In this document: piece after piece, positions 53,140-64,000 of the stretch
Layout: the number at the start of each line of letters is the position of its first letter
How positions within the stretch are numbered: the first letter of the stretch is position 1
Program-made: the position numbers and the translations under genes
The notes under the pieces: model-generated
Told to the model about the DNA's origin: nothing
Seen by the model: the letters and a program-made list of their open reading frames with translations, nothing else
Database searches by the model: none
Source: Macrostomum lignano
Taxonomy: Eukaryota
Direction of reading: 5' to 3'
DNA: 64,000 nucleotides
NCBI GenBank assembly: GCA_002269645.1
Contig: NIVC01002252.1
Span: 125,530 to 189,529 of the forward strand

Positions 53140-53610
53140 CTGTTTAATGGCAATTGTTAGGGCTGTTTATTGGCGATTGTTAGGGCTGTTTAATGGCGAT
53201 TGCTAGGGCTGTTTAATGGCAATTGTTAGGGCTGTTTAATGGCGATTGTTAGGGCTGTTTAATGGCGATTGTTAGGGCTGTTTAATGGCGATTGTTAGGG
53301 CTGTTTAATGGCGATTGTTAGGGCTGTTTAATGGCGATTGTTAGGGCTGTTTAATGGCAATTGTTAGGGCTGTTTAATGGCGATTGTTAGGGCTGTTTAA
53401 TGGCGATTGTTAGGGCTGTTTAATGGCAATTGTTAGGGCTGTTTAATGGCGATTGTTAGGGCTGTTTAATGGCGATTGTTAGGGCTGTTTAATGGCGATT
53501 GTTAGGGCTGTTTAATGGCGATTGTTAGGGCTGTTTAATGGCGATTTTTAGGGCTGTTTAATGGCGATTGCTAGGGCTGTTTAATGGCGATTGCTAGGGC
53601 TGTTTAAAGC
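53140..53610. repeat. 23-bp minisatellite GGCTGTTTAATGGCGATTGTTAG
   Basis: About 20 units; most junctions create TTAGGG. Confidence 0.95.
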
Positions 53611-54409
53611 TGATTGTTGGGGCTGTATTTAAGGCCTTAAATTCCCTTAAGGGAAGAGTGAGTTGAGGGTTGTTTAAGAGACAAACTGAGCACTGTTTAC
53701 CAGTGGCTTTTACCTAACTGTCTAGCCGGTACTTCAGACTTGTCAAGGGTGAAAGCGTGCCTAAAGATTGATTTAAGCTTCCGCTATCAATCAAAGCGCA
53801 AAAAGCAGCATACACTGAAGTATTATGTTCAGCGTTGAGCACAAGTTAAAGACTATTTTTTGTTAAACTAGATACTTAATGAACGGTGGAATTTGAAAAA
53901 AAAAGTTAAACAGATAAGCAAGGGGCTACTAGTTTGTGTCTGTAGTAAGTAGTGCATATTGAATATTATCAGACAAATGTTCTAATAATGCTTGCTTGCG
54001 ATAAATAGACAATTGCTGTTTTTGCAAACTGACCTTTAAGCAGAGAAAGGCAAACAAACTATAAGTGTGAAAGCAAAGTGGACACGGATCGATTCTGATG
54101 AGCAAAACATTGCTTTACATATGAACTGTGTTCAATTATTAAATTATAAACGAAAAGCAATCGCTAGCAGGCTTTAGTAACAAGATATAAATATATATAG
54201 AGAAATAAACATCAAAACTATTTTGTATGCAAATTTTGACTTTATTCAAGAACAATATTAAGGCTGTGGAGATTATACAAAAATGGACTTATAAGAATCA
54301 GAATAAAAGTTGGATTACTGAAGCCAACCTAAGGAGCCGGTCCATTTGGGGAAATTTCCACGAGTTTTAGACGCCAATAATTTAACAACAATCTATAAAG
54401 TTTGGGGAT

Positions 54410-54815
54410 ATGAACTTTGGGGTGTGGAGTTTGGGCTTTGGGGAATGGAGATTAAGGATATGGATATTAAGGATATGGAGATTAAGGAATGAAGATTGGG
54501 GATGTGGAGATTGGGGATATGGAGATTGGGGTGTGGAGATTGGGGATATGAAGATTGGGGATGTGGAGATTGGGGATTTGGAGATTAGGGATATGAAGAT
54601 TGGGATGTGGAGATTGGGGATATGGAGATTGGGGTGTGGAGATTGGGGATATGAAGATTGGGGATGTGGAGATTGGGGATGTGGAGATTGGGGATATGAA
54701 GATTGGGGTGTGGAGATTGGGGATATGAAGATTGGGGATGTGGAGATTGGTGATATGAAGATTGGGGATGTGGAGATTGGGGATATGAAGATTGGGATAT
54801 AGAGATTAGGGATAC
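54410..54815. repeat. 15-bp G-rich satellite, same family as 37161-39075
   Basis: Units GGAGATTGGGGATGT / GAAGATTGGGGATAT, 3' of the DYRK1 stop. Confidence 0.93.
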
Positions 54816-54995
54816 GAAATCAACGGCTTTCTTATTCAGGCAACCTGCAACTGTGAAATTCGGCAGAGATTGTAAAACCCGAATCAGCGTCTTACACTGT
54901 AACTCTATAGGGAAACATTGTCTTGAAGAAGCGAATGCCCCTTGGCCCCAATTAATTATGAACTAATTAAAATAGTTTTTGCAAAATGAGAAGCT

Positions 54996-61575
<6,580 letters not shown>

Positions 61576-62654
61576 TCATAGTCTCCGGCAGCTGGCACTC
61601 TTGAGCGCAGATTGCTCAACTGATTGCTGGTGCACAGCTGGCCATATTGGCCAGTTGCGGGACGCATAAATACAATTTATAATATGTACTATCACTGCCA
61701 GCCAGTATTTATTAAGCAATATTCCAGTATGCGATGCTTTTTTCAAGTCTTTGTTTCAGCTGTTAAGTAGTGATCAAGCTTGATTCTTTAGGACTTCTGT
61801 GTCTGTGTGCTGTAACTTTGCAGTTAATAGATTTTATGTTATTTATAACACAGCAAGATTCTATAGAGCGCTATTTTTGGTTTCACTGAAATATGAAAAT
61901 AAGATTATTATTAAAGACTATGAAAATTACATTATCTGGCTATGACAATCATGTTAAATATTGAACCAGTTAAATACAATATTTATTGTCTACAATAAAC
62001 ATGCTTCTTATTAACCAATGCCAACTATGTTAGAGGATGAACATATACACAACTTAATTTTGACCAGATCTTACCCAAAAGCTAAGTACTTAGAAACTTA
62101 AATTTTTTGTGAAATTTTGCCAAAAAGGTAAAAATTGTCTAGAAAAAGTCATCAATTTTGTGATTTACATTTGGTCCACAATAGTTTATATTAGCTAGAG
62201 TGGACAAATTGGCTAGCAATTTTGCATATATATAAACAACTCATACATCTATTTGATTTACAAGCTATTATATAACTTAAGGAAAAACTTTTAATAAAAA
62301 ACCTGATATAAATGTATACTTCATTTTTATTTACATGATAATAAATTACATCATCCTTTTTGCATAAAAATAACTTGTTTAAAGGCAGATTTATAAAAAA
62401 AATAGGACTTCCGTGTTTTTAAAATTAAACAAAAATTCAAAAATCAAACATATAAAGCTATTATATTAGATAATGCAAAGTTAATAAAATAAACTTTTTA
62501 AAAAACTGACAATATTTATCATTTTAATTTTTAGCTTAATTGTTAAGATAGTAAAGATAATAAAGCTATAAAGTAGTAAAACACTACTTAATTTAAACCA
62601 AAAAGTTATGGAATTCCCTTGGATCAATGGTGTTGAATAATAGGCTCTGTTTTA

Positions 62655-63100
62655 CTATCTTGCTATCTGGGATGATGCTTGCTATCTGGGTGATGCTTGC
62701 TATCTGGGATGATGCTTGCTATCTAGGGGATGCTTGCTATCTGGGTGGATGCTTGCTATCTAGGTGGATGCTTGCTATCTAGGTGGATGCTTGCTATCTG
62801 GGATGATGCTTGCTATCTGGGGGATGCTTGCTATCTGGGTGGATGCTTGCTATCTAGGTGGATGCTTGCTATCTAGGTGGATGCTTGCTATCTGGGATGA
62901 TGCTTGCTATCTGGGGGATGCTTGCTATCTGGGATGATGCTTGCTATCTGGGATGATGCTTGCTATCTAGGGGATGCTTGCTATCTGGGGATGCTTGCTA
63001 TCTGGGTGGATGCTTGCTATCTGGGTGGATGCTTGCTATCTGGGTGGATACTTGCTATCTGGGTGGATGCTTGCTATCTGGGGGATGCTTGCTGTCTTGG
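62655..63100. repeat. 19-20-bp minisatellite TGCTTGCTATCTGGGTGGA
   Basis: About 23 units. Confidence 0.93.
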
Positions 63101-64000
63101 GAATATTTTTTATTTAGGAAGAATGTCTGTTGGCTCATTCCATATAAGCACGGTCGTAACATGACAGCTACTTTTACTTATAAATGAAATCTAATAATAG
63201 AATATAATAAACGATATTTTAAATGAAAGATTATTTTGTCTATAATATATTTATAGAGTTTCATATAAATGTCATCATTAGTATAGACTATGCTAATAAA
63301 CCTTAAATGACACTTAATGGTCATAACGACAGGATTTTTGACATATAAAAACTAAAAGGTAAAAGTCATAACATTTTTCATTTTTTATATTTTGCAATAC
63401 ATTTTTAAAATTTGACTAAGAACATCTTTAGAAATCATACTCTTTTATTAGAATATATAAACTCAAAGGCAACAAAGATACAAAAGAAAAGGCAGCCTTA
63501 TGGTCCTAACATTATGGTCGTAACATATTTTTCTGTCAATTCAGTAACTTTGAGGTACTAATACATTAAAAATATAATAGATTATTTGGTCACCAATGCT
63601 TTTATCTGATGATGCAAGTACTATACTTTTATCTATAGTTTGTTTTAACCTTCAAAAGCTTTTTTTGTTTTAAAAGGTACAAAATCTTTACAAAATTTTT
63701 ACAAAAATGACTTTTGCCATTTGATAAACATACTAATCCAACATTTTACCATTCCTTTATATTCTTAGATTGTATATATTGTACATAAAAAACATTTGGT
63801 AAAAAATAGGATAATAAGGCAATGGCAAGCAAAAATATTGACTTTTTTATTTTCTAAAATGTCCATCTTATATGGAATGAGCCTGTTAGCTTTGTGAAAG
63901 CTATATTTTGTTGTCTGTTTGTTAATTTAAGAAAAAAGAGATTTATAGCAACATCTTTGTCTGTGACAATTTTACATGAATAAGGTAATTTTTAAAATTA

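Overview
AT-rich eukaryotic (invertebrate) genomic window with six intron-containing genes, which I reconstructed by hand from splice signals and recalled family motifs: EXOC5/Sec10 (-, 9 exons), a PDI-family protein with CXXS at both active sites (+), a synaptotagmin-7-like gene (+), an SSUH2-like zinc-finger gene (-), ERCC3/XPB (-) and a DYRK1/minibrain kinase (-, 5' end unresolved). Roughly 45% of the window (manual tally) is tandem repeat. Most introns and every 3' flank hold a 15-60 bp minisatellite, nearly all different from one another. This style suggests a free-living flatworm such as Macrostomum, which is inference only. Also present: two tRNA-headed SINE-like elements, a hAT-type MITE, a 1.1-kb TIR element with an 8-bp TSD nested in a SINE, and a 100-bp CpG-decayed copy of XPB exon 1. 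Most ORFs in the supplied track are repeat-derived or antisense artefacts. No database search was run, and repeat boundaries are approximate.
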